A stretch of DNA of 64,000 nt from assembly GCF_009914755.1 (NCBI RefSeq), contig NC_060931.1; one strand, 5' to 3'. A program made the position numbers and the translations under genes. Positions within the stretch are counted from its first letter, which is position 1, and each line of letters begins with the position of its first letter. Below the pieces are notes generated by a model. It was given only the letters and a program-made list of their open reading frames with translations, searched no databases and was not told where the DNA came from. The stretch comes from the human T2T-CHM13v2.0 reference genome, Homo sapiens. Positions 23,266-38,134 of the stretch are shown piece by piece.

Positions 23266-23766
23266 GCACACTTTGTGATCATGCCGTGGAGAGGAGCATT
23301 TGGTTTCCACCTGGAGGGGCCCTTCTAGCTCTGCAGGGAGGGGAGGAGGTCTCTCTTCCCTCCAAGGCCTCTAGACAGAGTTGGCTGGTAAGAGGGAATG
23401 GAAGAATGGCCTTGGGGGCCCTTGCCCTTCTGTGGGGGCCCATGGACACATGTCCCTGCCCCTGCCGAGTGGGAGGTACTTCCCCATACCCAGTTCTGGA
23501 TGAGGGAAGCTTCTGGAAGAGACTGTGACCGTCCCCTGGGTGGCCCATGGGACCCAACCTGCTAGAGAAGATGAAGTGGTTGAATGTGTCCTTCCAACCT
23601 CGCTGGGTGGCAGTGCTGTGTCCTGGAGGGGCCAGGGCTCCCTCTGACACCCTCGTCCTCTGCAGAGCTTCTCCCCAGGCCTGGGCAGGAGCGGCCCATC
23701 CCTTGCCTGGGACATCGGGCCCTGTGTGCTCGGCAGTGAGGGGACCCCTGTTCGTGTCATCCACAG

Positions 23767-23984
23767 GGTGCTGTGGGCCCAGAAGCGCCCATGCCTGAGA
23801 GCGTCCAGGACCAGGCAGAGCTGGGCCTTAAGGGCCCTTGGACCAGTGTCTGTCTGCAGGGAGCCCCCGGTAGCCACTCGGATCAGCCCGAGGGAAGATT
23901 CTGGACGAGACCGTGGCCGTCCCCCGGGTGGCCCATGGACAGCAGCAGGGGCTCCCAGGAGTGGCCAGGCCCTGCCCGCCCACC
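23767..23984 (+). other. AMZ1: AMZ1 exon 2, 5' UTR part (218 nt)
   Basis: Acceptor tcatccacag|G at 23766/23767; in-frame TGA at 23796-23798 upstream of the start codon. Confidence 0.8.
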
Positions 23985-24288
23985 ATGCTGCAGTGTAGAC
24001 CCGCACAGGAGTTCAGCTTCGGGCCCCGGGCCTTGAAGGACGCTCTGGTCTCCACTGACGCAGCCCTGCAGCAGCTGTATGTGTCCGCCTTCTCCCCTGC
24101 CGAGCGGCTCTTCCTGGCCGAGGCCTACAACCCGCAGAGGACGCTCTTCTGCACCCTGCTCATCCGCACGGGCTTCGACTGGCTCCTGAGCCGACCCGAG
24201 GCTCCCGAGGACTTCCAGACCTTCCACGCCTCCCTGCAGCACCGGAAGCCCCGCCTGGCTCGGAAGCACATCTACCTACAGCCGATAG
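23985..24288 (+). CDS. AMZ1: AMZ1 coding exon 2 (MLQCRPAQEFSFGPRALKD...KHIYLQPI)
   Basis: Kozak-like cccaccATG; recognised archaemetzincin N-terminus; donor ATAG|GTACGG; 304 nt, phase 1. Confidence 0.95.
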
Positions 24289-24615
24289 GTACGGGACGCC
24301 TGCAGCCATCGGCACGCTCCTGGGGGACCAGCTTATATATAGCACAAGTGGGGGATGTCTGTGCATAGCCCCCAGGCAGGACTGAAATGAGGGAAGAGGG
24401 TCCTGGGTGTATGGGATGCCAGGGTGGAGGCAGGGAGGTCCTGGCTGGGCCAAGGCTTCCTTCCTCCCACCCCATCCTGACACGATGCTCAGACGGCCCA
24501 GGCTCTGGGACTGGTCCACATGCAGGTGTGGCCTCATCCAGATGTGCACGGTCCTGGCTACGCCTGTTGAAACTAGAGCCATCCCAGGCACTGTGCTGCG
24601 GGCTGTATAAAGATC

Positions 24616-24805
<190 letters not shown>

Positions 24806-25750
24806 TCAGCCCATTTCGCCGGCAAGGAGATGGAAGCAGGGAGAGGTCCCTTGACCTGTGTGACTGGCAGAGCTGGTCACTGGTAGGGACGGGACTGGAA
24901 CGCAGTTCTATTTGACCCTGGGGCTGGGGTGCTCATCCTGATGCTATAGTGGGAGGGGCTGGGCTGAGCAGGGTGGGGGCTTGAGGGCCCAGAGTGGTCA
25001 CTGTCCTCAGAGCTCTGTGTCTGGCAGAGTCTGGGGGACCCAGGGTGAATGGGGGGCCGAGACAACAGGCATCCGTGCTCAGAAGGGAACGGCCCAGGCA
25101 GGTGCGGGGAGCGCGAGGGGCAGGGCCAGCTCTGTGCCTCTCACATGCCAAGAGCAGCCTGGCAGAGACAGCACACGGGACGGGGGCCCTTGGGCTCGGA
25201 GAGGAGGAAAGGGCTGGTGTCCGCTTCTGACCAGCGCACCACGCCTTTCGGCATCTCGACAGCAAGCCAGAACAGGGCTGACCTCGCCTGGCCTTGCCCC
25301 ACGCAGGCTTGTCACCAGCCCTGGTGGTCCACGCAGCCCCTTTCCTGCCCCTCAGGACCCAAATCCTGCGGGTGTCCGTTGGTCTCAGCATCCACCACCC
25401 CACAGCAGCCAATCCAACAGCTTGGGAGCTACCCGCTTCCCTCCACCTCCCTGCTAATGGCTCAGAGCCTGGTGTCCCAAGCTCTGACGCACTGACACAT
25501 GGGCATGTTGTTGAAACACAGGGGCCGGGTCAGGAGGTGGGGACTGGGCCAGGCTCTGCATTTCCCTCCTTTCCTGGGTGAGGCTGATGCTGCTGGCCTG
25601 GAGTCCTGGCAGCTGATTTCTCACTGGTCTCCTGGCCTCTACCCTTGGTCCTTGTCCATCTGTCCTCCTGACCTGTGATCTGGTGTGTGCATCCCTTCAG
25701 GGGCTGCCCTGGGAGCTCCCTGCTGCCTCTCCAGCCTCGACCTGCACCCT

Positions 25751-25932
25751 TGTGTGCTACTCTCTGCCCCAGCCAGGCTGGCATTTTGCAGCCATGCAGC
25801 CTGGCTCTGTGTCCTGCTGTCTGCCCCAGCCAGGCTGGCATTTTGCAGCCATGCAGCCTGGCTCTGTGTCCTGCTGTCTGCCCCAGTCAGGCTGGCATTT
25901 TGCAGCGAGGTGGCTCGGCTCTGTGTGCTGCC
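25751..25932. repeat. 57-bp tandem repeat, about 3 copies, in AMZ1 intron 2
   Basis: TCTGCCCCAGYCAGGCTGGCATTTTGCAGC starts at 25763, 25820 and 25877. Confidence 0.95.
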
Positions 25933-26256
25933 TGCTCAGCTGCAGTGCCTGGCGCTAACCCTAGAAGTCCCTGTCCCTGGTGAGTCCCTGCCTGCTCCCT
26001 CCCTGAGCTCATATGCGATTGTCACTGCTGTCCTTTCATCTGTGCATGAATCTTTCCTCTGTGTCCCTCGGTGTTTGCCCTTTTGAAAAAGTCATGCTTT
26101 CCATCCCTTTTCTAAGCCTGACGCTCTGCTTGCTGTCAGGGTAGGTCCACATTGGCCTTGTTCACCCAGCAGGCCGGTGTCTGCGAGTGATTCCCGGGGA
26201 GAGGGTCCCAGGCGGGCAGGGGCGTCGCAGGGCTGACGGTGCTGCTCTCCCACCAG

Positions 26257-26424
26257 ACCTGAGCGAGGAGCCGGTGGGAAGCTCCCTGCTGCACCAGCTG
26301 TGCAGCTGCACAGAGGCCTTCTTCCTGGGCCTGCGCGTCAAGTGCCTGCCGTCGGTGGCAGCCGCGTCCATCCGCTGCTCCTCGCGGCCCAGCCGGGACT
26401 CTGACAGGCTCCAGCTCCACACAG
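26257..26424 (+). CDS. AMZ1: AMZ1 exon 3 (DLSEEPVGSSLLHQLCSCTEAFFLGLRVKCLP...LQLHT)
   Basis: Acceptor ctcccaccag|AC; donor ACAG|GTGAGT; 168 nt, frame continuous. Confidence 0.95.
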
Positions 26425-26681
26425 GTGAGTGAGGACGGCAGCCGCCGCTCAGGCCAAGGCAGGCCCCTTCTGGAAGGAAGAGGTGGGAGGAAGGCGCCCA
26501 GGAGAGGAAGGGAACCTTTTCTTCCTTTTTGCTGGGAAACATCCATTTCCCAGGTGTTTGGGAAGCAGGACCAAGCCGGAGAGCTCCTTCTTCCCACCCA
26601 GGAGTGTCTGGGGACCTGACCATACAGCCAGTGCCCACAGGAAAACGCCAGAGCATGCAGAGCAGGAGAAGCGAGCCCTTC

Positions 26682-28429
<1,748 letters not shown>

Positions 28430-29709
28430 CAGTGTCACATTTTTATAGGTCTCAGTTGCCTATGACACTTCTTTAAGTTCAGCATTGATGTCCATGAACA
28501 TAGTTGCTTGACCGTCTGTCCGATGATTACACTATCTGGAGTGCCCATGTGCCTGTATTTGTTATTTCTGCTAATTTTGTCTCAGTTATCCTGCTTCATT
28601 GTGCCTTGTTATTTTCGATTGTTAGTTACGCATCTTATTGGAAAAATTAGTTTAACTTTGAGAATTTTTGGCCTGGGCCGATGTTTTTCACCATAGAGGA
28701 TTTTCTTTTCCTTCTGCCAGGCACCAAAGGGCTGACTGTGGGACAAAGACATGAAGCTTTTCTGGGTCATTCTGATGGTCCCCAGGGCTCCGCATCCCTC
28801 CCAGGGCAGGAAGCATGTCAGGGTCATCCTGCCCACTCCCCCACCGCAGAAACAGTCCAGCTTCATCTGTTTGAGCTCCAGTCCTCCCCGTTTTTCTCAT
28901 TAGGTCTCTGCCTTGGTTATTGAGGTATAATTTAGATAGTAAAATTCATCCTTTTTAGTGTAAGGTTCTGAGTCTTGACACACGCATACATCACGTGGCC
29001 ATCACCATAATCATATAGAGGGCAGCTCTCTACCCCTCTACCGGCCACCAAACCTTTCTCCTTAATCCACTCCTCCCCATCGTGGGTGTTGGAAGCAGCT
29101 GTTCTTTATCATTCACTCTGCCTGTCTGGCCATCTTTTGGCGGGAGGGTTGTCTAAATTCCCTAGGGTACTGTTACAGGGAGCAGCCACTGTTGAGATTT
29201 GGGGGTTGATAGGGGTCCCCTGGCTGGGGTGGGGTGCCATCCCCTGGGTGGCATGTTTCTTTGTCCTGGCCTGCTTTCTGGGTACAGCCTACATTCCACA
29301 GGCTTCCCCAGCCCCTGAGGTCCTACAGTGGGGTCTGGGGACAATGTGGCCTGCCTTGGCCCTGGCCCTAAAACACAGCCGGGGACCCCGTGCCTCTCAG
29401 GCTTGGCCTCTGCAGCCTCAGCTCTCCTCACCTCCCCCACGCCGTACACGGTGCGTCTCACCTGTTATGGCCTCTGACCTGTTGGTGCCAGGCCTGTGGC
29501 AGCTCAGAGACAGCACCAAGTCCCACAAGGGTCACTCCAGGGCTTTCCACCCCCTCTGCTTAGTGGACAAACTGCTGTTTTCCCCAGCCCCACACTTCAG
29601 AAGGTGCACGGGGGAGCCCTCGGGAAAAGGACATGCACTCGGGAAGGTTCAAAAGCAGGTGGAACCCAGAGGGTATGCCAGGTTGCATTTGTGGGGTCAG
29701 CTCAGCCTG

Positions 29710-31810
<2,101 letters not shown>

Positions 31811-32120
31811 CTGAGGTGGCTTCTCCTTCCTGGGGCTGCAAGCGCCAGTCTTGTTGGCCCGGCTGCCTCTCCAGCGTCCCCACTGGGCTGTCCATGGCCT
31901 TTGACTTACCATGTCCTGATCTCCAAATGGCCCTGGCTGTCACTCCACATCATGCAGTACTGTGTGCCCTCAGGTCACACCAAACGCTGGTGGCCCACAC
32001 CTGACTTGGGAAGGGGCAGGGCCCAGGCAGAGGAAGAGGATGACGGGGTGCCAGCCTGAGCCTGGAAGATGGGGGTCCCCGGCTGCCTCCTGACCCCATC
32101 CTCTGGCCCTCTCCCCGCAG

Positions 32121-32249
32121 ACGGCATCCTGTCCTTCTTGAAGAACAACAAGCCAGGGGACGCGCTGTGTGTGCTGGGCCTCACACTGTCTGACCTGTAC
32201 CCCCATGAGGCCTGGAGCTTCACCTTCAGCAAGTTCCTTCCAGGGCACG
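32121..32249 (+). CDS. AMZ1: AMZ1 exon 4 (DGILSFLKNNKPGDALCVLGLTLSDLYPHEAWSFTFSKFLPGH)
   Basis: Acceptor ctccccgcag|AC; donor CACG|GTGAGC; archaemetzincin DLYP...W.F.F motif; 129 nt. Confidence 0.96.
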
Positions 32250-32607
32250 GTGAGCCGGGGCCCCAGCAGCTGTGCGTGGGGGGTAGCCTGGCATGGGGCT
32301 GTGGCCTCCGTGGCTGCAGGGCACCCTCTTTGCTTTTGCTTCAAGCACCCTCCTGGTGGAAGTCAACACCTGTGCATGGGAATAGATGGCCCCTTCCAGC
32401 TCCTCCTGAGGAATGGCATAGGGGCTGTTCCTCAGCTGTGGCGTCTGCCCCAGGGCCCAACTTCATGTGGGCAGGACAGGGCCTCCCAGGACTGGTATGT
32501 CTTTGGGCCATGGCCAGCTTGCATGAGAGCATGAGGTGGGTTTGACGGTGGGCCCCCCAGAGCCAAGGCTGACCCCTGAGAGTGCCCTTCTCTCCATCTC
32601 TCTCCAG

Positions 32608-32777
32608 AAGTGGGCGTCTGCAGCTTCGCCCGGTTCTCAGGGGAATTCCCGAAGTCGGGGCCCAGCGCCCCTGATCTGGCCCTGGTAGAGGCAGCAGCAG
32701 ACGGCCCCGAGGCCCCCCTGCAGGACAGGGGCTGGGCCCTGTGCTTCAGTGCCCTGGGGATGGTTCAGTGCTGCAAG
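32608..32777 (+). CDS. AMZ1: AMZ1 exon 5 (EVGVCSFARFSGEF...MVQCCK)
   Basis: Acceptor tctctccag|AA; donor AAG|GTGGGT; family-typical GVxSFAR motif; 170 nt. Confidence 0.94.
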
Positions 32778-33183
32778 GTGGGTGGGGGCTCTGGGGCTGG
32801 TAAGAGGGGACAGGAGGGTGCTGTCTGAGCCCTTGGTGCCTCGGTCTGTTACACTGCCCCATCCTCACAGTGAAGTGGATGGACCCCTAACTCTATGGAA
32901 TGAGGAAAGCAAGGCTACACAGCTATGAAGCAGCAGGGGAGGGATTAGAGCCCCAAGCCCCTATCCTGTGTGGCCTCCCCAGGGCCTCCCACCCTGACTC
33001 ACCTTTCCCCTGGGGCCCTGAAAGTGGCCTGTGCCGCCTGGGGCAGGGGGAGGGCGCCCGGACCACCTCCCGGCCATCCTGCCTCACCCAGGTCCTCATT
33101 TTGGTCCTGCTGGGGCTGCCTGGGGATCTGCCGGATGCAGGGGCAAGGCAGTGAGGCAAGGTGCTTGGTGGCCTTCCCCCCAG

Positions 33184-33360
33184 GTCACGTGCCACGAGCT
33201 CTGCCACCTTCTGGGCCTGGGGAACTGCCGCTGGCTCCGCTGCCTCATGCAGGGTGCGCTCAGCCTGGACGAGGCCCTGCGGCGGCCCCTGGACCTCTGT
33301 CCCATCTGCCTGAGGAAGCTGCAGCATGTCCTGGGTTTCAGGCTCATCGAGAGGTACCAG
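33184..33360 (+). CDS. AMZ1: AMZ1 exon 6, zinc-binding exon (VTCHELCHLLGLGNCRWLRCLMQGALSLDEALRRPLDLCPICLRKLQHVLGFRLIERYQ)
   Basis: HExxHxxGxxxCx4CxM...CxxC archaemetzincin signature; acceptor cccccag|GT; donor CAG|GTGAGT; 177 nt. Confidence 0.97.
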
Positions 33361-35144
33361 GTGAGTGGCTGAGTTGCGCTGCCCGGCTGCTGGGACCTGC
33401 GCTCCGGAGGCCCGCGAGCGCCGCCTGGAGGCTACGCAGGGCATGGGGACCGCACACAGGCTTTGTCAACTGCCAGGTTCCAGGCAGTGCAGAGCCCTGG
33501 GACCTGCGCTGGGGTTGAGCTCCATCCGGATCTCACTGGCAGTAGATCGAGTCCTGCCAGGGCCCGCGTGTGGTGGCTGTGACTGGGAGGTTGCAGCGGG
33601 GTCGAGTGGGGACGAGGGCTTTTCTCCCTCTGTCAGGAAGAGCTGGCATTGGAGCCCAGCCGGCGGGTGGCACGGTCTTCCCAGGGTAACTTTCTCTTTT
33701 CTTTCCCGTCACCCACACTTGGGTCACTGCTGCTCAGAGGAGGCACAGGCCCCTTGCGAGGAGGTGGGAGCTGACACAACAAGGCTTGTTGGAGGTGGCC
33801 TCCATTCCTAACTCCCTCTGTCGCCTGGGTGGGGTTGCCGAGCAAAGGGCTCGTCCGTATTCATGGACATTTGTTTGCAAGCTCAAAAGCTTTACTCTGA
33901 GTTCTGAGTGCAAAGGCAGGTGGTGGTAATTTTTCTTCAAACCCAGCTTTGGACTACAACCAGTTATAAGGTGCTCACTGCGTACAGGCACCAGAGCAGT
34001 CAATGAAACCGCGCTGGAAAGCCCCTGCATCCTCCTCCCGCCCGTTGAGGCAAGTGGGGGTGTGGTTCCCGGACCGAGCCTGTCAGAATCCCCTGCAGGG
34101 CCCAGCTGGGCCCTCCTTCCTTCTGGGGTAGAGTGAGGAGCTGCATCTTGCAGGCTCCTGGGTGACACTGAACTAGAGGCCGTGGCATTTCTAGCTCACA
34201 GTGCTGGAATCTCTCTGCAGGGATCCTCTCTGAAGACTCTGGCAGTCAAGGGAAGGTGAAGGGGGCACAGAGGAAACAGCTTTTCCAAGTGTAAGGAGAA
34301 GAGCCTGTGACTTGGGGGGAACCCAGGCGCAGCCATGGCTGAGGGTAGGAGCATCTCCCGAGGGTACAGGTGGCGTGATGGCTGGTCAGCACCTGGTGAT
34401 GCCTTGTAAAGGTTGCTGCTGCCAGCTGTGCCCCGTCAAGGGGCAGCTCTTAGTACCTTCCTGAGGCTGTGTAACAGGCACAGGGGCAGCTTGGTCTGCA
34501 GAAAGGGTTGAGAGCTCTCATTTGATGCCTTCACCTGGGGTCTTGTGCAACCATCTGACATGAACTTTTAGAAAGTGTATGCCCCTCCCTACACGTGCTG
34601 ACCTGGCATAGCCTGGATCCACCTGGATCTGAGCTGGAGGGTGTAGCTCCTCCTCCTGCCCAGAGCTCTCTCCGTTCTGTGAGCACCATCTCCTGAGGCT
34701 GTGGAGGGAAGAGGGCCAGGGCAAAGGCACTCCAGGGTGGCCTGGCCCTCCTGGCTGTTGTAGGGAGGGCAGTGGTGTGGATGTGAGGTCACCTGCTGTC
34801 CCAGGGCTTGGGGAGGTGCTGGAGAGCTGACCAAGGGCCTGGCCAGAAAAGGTCACTGCTGTCCACTGACAGCAATCAGTGAAATGCCTCTTGAAGAAAG
34901 CCTGACTTGTTGTGGTCTCTGCCACTTCCTGTGGTGTAAACAGTCTCACCATGGCTGATGTGAGCTCCCAATGTGATGTCAGTGAGTGCTGAGTTGGGAA
35001 CAGATGTGCAGTGGGACCTTGTTAAACTGTGTGTCCCCTGTACAGATGCAGGAGAGGAGACTAACCTTGAGAGCAGAGGTGAGAGTGAAATGGAGAAAAC
35101 ATTTAGGAAGTGAGTTTCAAGTACTGCCTTTGCTTTACATTTTT

Positions 35145-35607
<463 letters not shown>

Positions 35608-35873
35608 TTAAGTGTTCTAACTTTGGATGACAAGGAGCTTGCGAAGTTCCTGAATGGTGAGCTCTTGGGGGTGGGTACCTCTGACTCTGGCACAGCCTGG
35701 ACATGAGTCCTCAAAGGGTGCTGGTCACAAGAGCCCTCACACCACCAGCCTGACTCCCGCCCCTGGGTAACTGAGGACGGTGGGGTCCCCTTAGGTAAGG
35801 AGGTCTCCTGGCAGTTCCCTGGCTAGACAAGGGCTGGCACGGAGCAAACTCAGCCTGTGTTTCTCCCTCTTAG

Positions 35874-36422
35874 AGACTCTACACCTGGACTCAGGCGGTG
35901 GTGGGGACGTGGCCCAGCCAGGAGGCGGGGGAGCCGTCAGTGTGGGAGGACACCCCGCCTGCCAGCGCCGACTCGGGCATGTGCTGTGAGAGTGACTCGG
36001 AGCCCGGCACCAGTGTGTCGGAGCCCCTCACCCCTGATGCCGGGAGTCACACCTTCGCCTCGGGGCCAGAGGAAGGGCTGAGCTACCTGGCAGCCTCAGA
36101 GGCTCCGCTGCCACCTGGGGGCCCTGCGGAGGCCATCAAGGAGCATGAACGGTGGCTGGCCATGTGCATCCAGGCCCTGCAGCGGGAAGTGGCAGAGGAG
36201 GACCTGGTGCAGGTGGACAGAGCCGTGGACGTCCTCGACCGCTGGGAGATGTTCACGGGCCAGCTCCCGGCCACCAGGCAGGACCCACCCAGCAGCAGGG
36301 ACAGCGTGGGGCTGCGCAAGGTGCTGGGGGACAAGTTCTCCTCCCTGAGGAGGAAGCTGAGTGCCCGAAAACTCGCCAGAGCAGAGTCGGCCCCCCGTCC
36401 CTGGGATGGGGAAGAGAGTTAG
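35874..36422 (+). CDS. AMZ1: AMZ1 last coding exon (RLYTWTQAVVGTWPS...APRPWDGEES*)
   Basis: Acceptor ctccctcttag|AG; 549 nt to TAG; total CDS 304+168+129+170+177+549 = 1497 nt = 498 aa. Confidence 0.93.
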   Translation, partial: RLYTWTQAVVGTWPSQEAGEPSVWEDTPPASADSGMCCESDSEPGTSVSEPLTPDAGSHTFASGPEEGLSYLAASEAPLPPGGPAEAIKEHERWLAMCIQALQREVAEEDLVQVDRAVDVLDRWEMFTGQLPATRQDPPSSRDSVGLRKVLGDKFSSLRRKLSARKLARAESAPRPWDGEES

Positions 36423-36524
36423 TACAGCAGGGGCTGCCCTACGTCTCCTTCCCTAAGGATGCTGGCCAGCACTGTCCAGTAGCTGAGGCCACTACTGACC
36501 TGCCAGGGATAAAGAGGAAGGGTC

Positions 36525-36796
36525 TGCCTGGGTGGTGGCTCAGGCCTGTCATCCCATCACTTTGAGAGGCCAGGAGTTTGAGACCAGACTGGGCAACATG
36601 GTGAGACTCTGCCTCTACAAAAGAAAAATTAAAAAATTAGCTGGATGAAGTGGTTCATGCCTGTGTTCCCAGCTATTCAGGAGGCTGAGGTGGGAGGATT
36701 GCTTGAGCCTAGGAGGTCGAGGCTGCAGTGGGATGTGATCATACCACTGTACTGCAGTCTGGGCCACACAGAAAGACTGTCTCCAGAAAAAAAAAA
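36525..36796 (+). mobile_element. AluJ-like element in the AMZ1 3' UTR
   Basis: Alu consensus ~100 nt after the stop codon. Confidence 0.88.
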
Positions 36797-38134
36797 GTTC
36801 TTTGGAGAAGCCACAGACCACCTGTCTTCAGGCGCCTCCTTCAACTCCTGAGTCCCAGCCAGCCGCTCCCAGGGGCCTGCACACATGGAGAGGCCTCCCT
36901 GATCCTGGGTGCTTCTCGTGGAGTACAAGCCGGACTGTGCTGAGGTTGGGACAGAGCCCCCTCCCCTGCAGAGGCAGAAGGAAGCAGCGTGCGTCCTGTC
37001 TCCTTCCAGGCTGTGGGCCTGCCCTTCAGTTATTTATAGCTGGAGCTGGAGAGGCTGGCTCAGATGAGGAGTGACCCCGGGGGCACACAGGCTCCACACT
37101 GCCACCCAGCTTCCAAGGCTGAGTCTCCTCCCTAACGGGGAAGTGACGGGGTTTTGTCTCTATCATCTCAGGCGTCAACCACATGCACACACACACTGTC
37201 ACGTTCTGTGGCGCTAACAGCATCCTGATCCTGACGGACTTCACCGGGGCTCTCCAGGCATCTCTTCTGACAAACACTGCAGGAGGTGAGGGTGTCTGAC
37301 GTGCACTGAGGGCAGAGGCCCCCTTATTCCTGAGGCGGCTACAGCTCACCGTGGGGAAGATCAACTGTGGTGATGTTTTTGGGACAGTTTCTTGGCAAAG
37401 GTGGCCGCGCTGTCAGTACCAAGTAGCTGGAGGTGGTGATCAGATGATCTGTCTTTCCTTTTTTTTTCGGTCTAGTTCTGTCAGTTGCTGAGAGAGGGGT
37501 ATTATTGCCATGGCTGGGCGTTTGATCTGTCTCCCTTTAGTTTTGCCGGATTTTGCTTCCTGCACTTTGAAGCTCCTTTACGTCCCTGCACATTTGATTG
37601 TTGTGTCTTCCTGAGGAATTGACCCTTTTATTGTCACACGTACCCCCTCAGCCTGTGGTGGAGGGTCTCTGGGAGAGAGACTTCCGGTTCTGACAGCGGA
37701 ATCCCTTCGGAGTGACGAGGGCGGGGTCACAGCTCGCGCACCCTCATCTGGAGAGAGGCAAGAACAGGGCAGCTTGGACCTTTTGTGGGTGGGTGGCTCA
37801 CACGGTTATGGAGGGCTTCTAAGAAAAACAAAATACAAAACTAAAACTAGAAGGGCTATGCAGGTGAGGTGGGCTGAGGCTTCCTTGTGAATCTGACATT
37901 GGTGGAGGCCGACTGAAGGCTCCCGGTCCTGGTCCCACTCCGTGTTGACTTCAGAGAAGCAAAGATGCAGCTCAGAAGTAGCATTAGGATCTTCGTCCCG
38001 TTCTCTTTTGCGTAGCTTCAAAAAGGCGTAACAGTGACCTGGGAGGGGAGATGAAGAGCTAGGCCTTTCAGAAAGTGACCAATGGAAGGTGCCGGCAGAG
38101 CACCCTGCAGTAACAGAAGGTGAAAGCCGGAGCC

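Noticed and set aside
25751-25932. 57-bp repeat (and the 11.2-kb minisatellite) as a CRISPR-like array
   Set aside because: Contiguous tandem units without unique spacers, no cas genes, eukaryotic context
35871-35875. TAGAG double AG at the last AMZ1 acceptor
   Set aside because: An AG 2 nt downstream of the acceptor is rarely selected, and only the first AG restores the 498-aa frame
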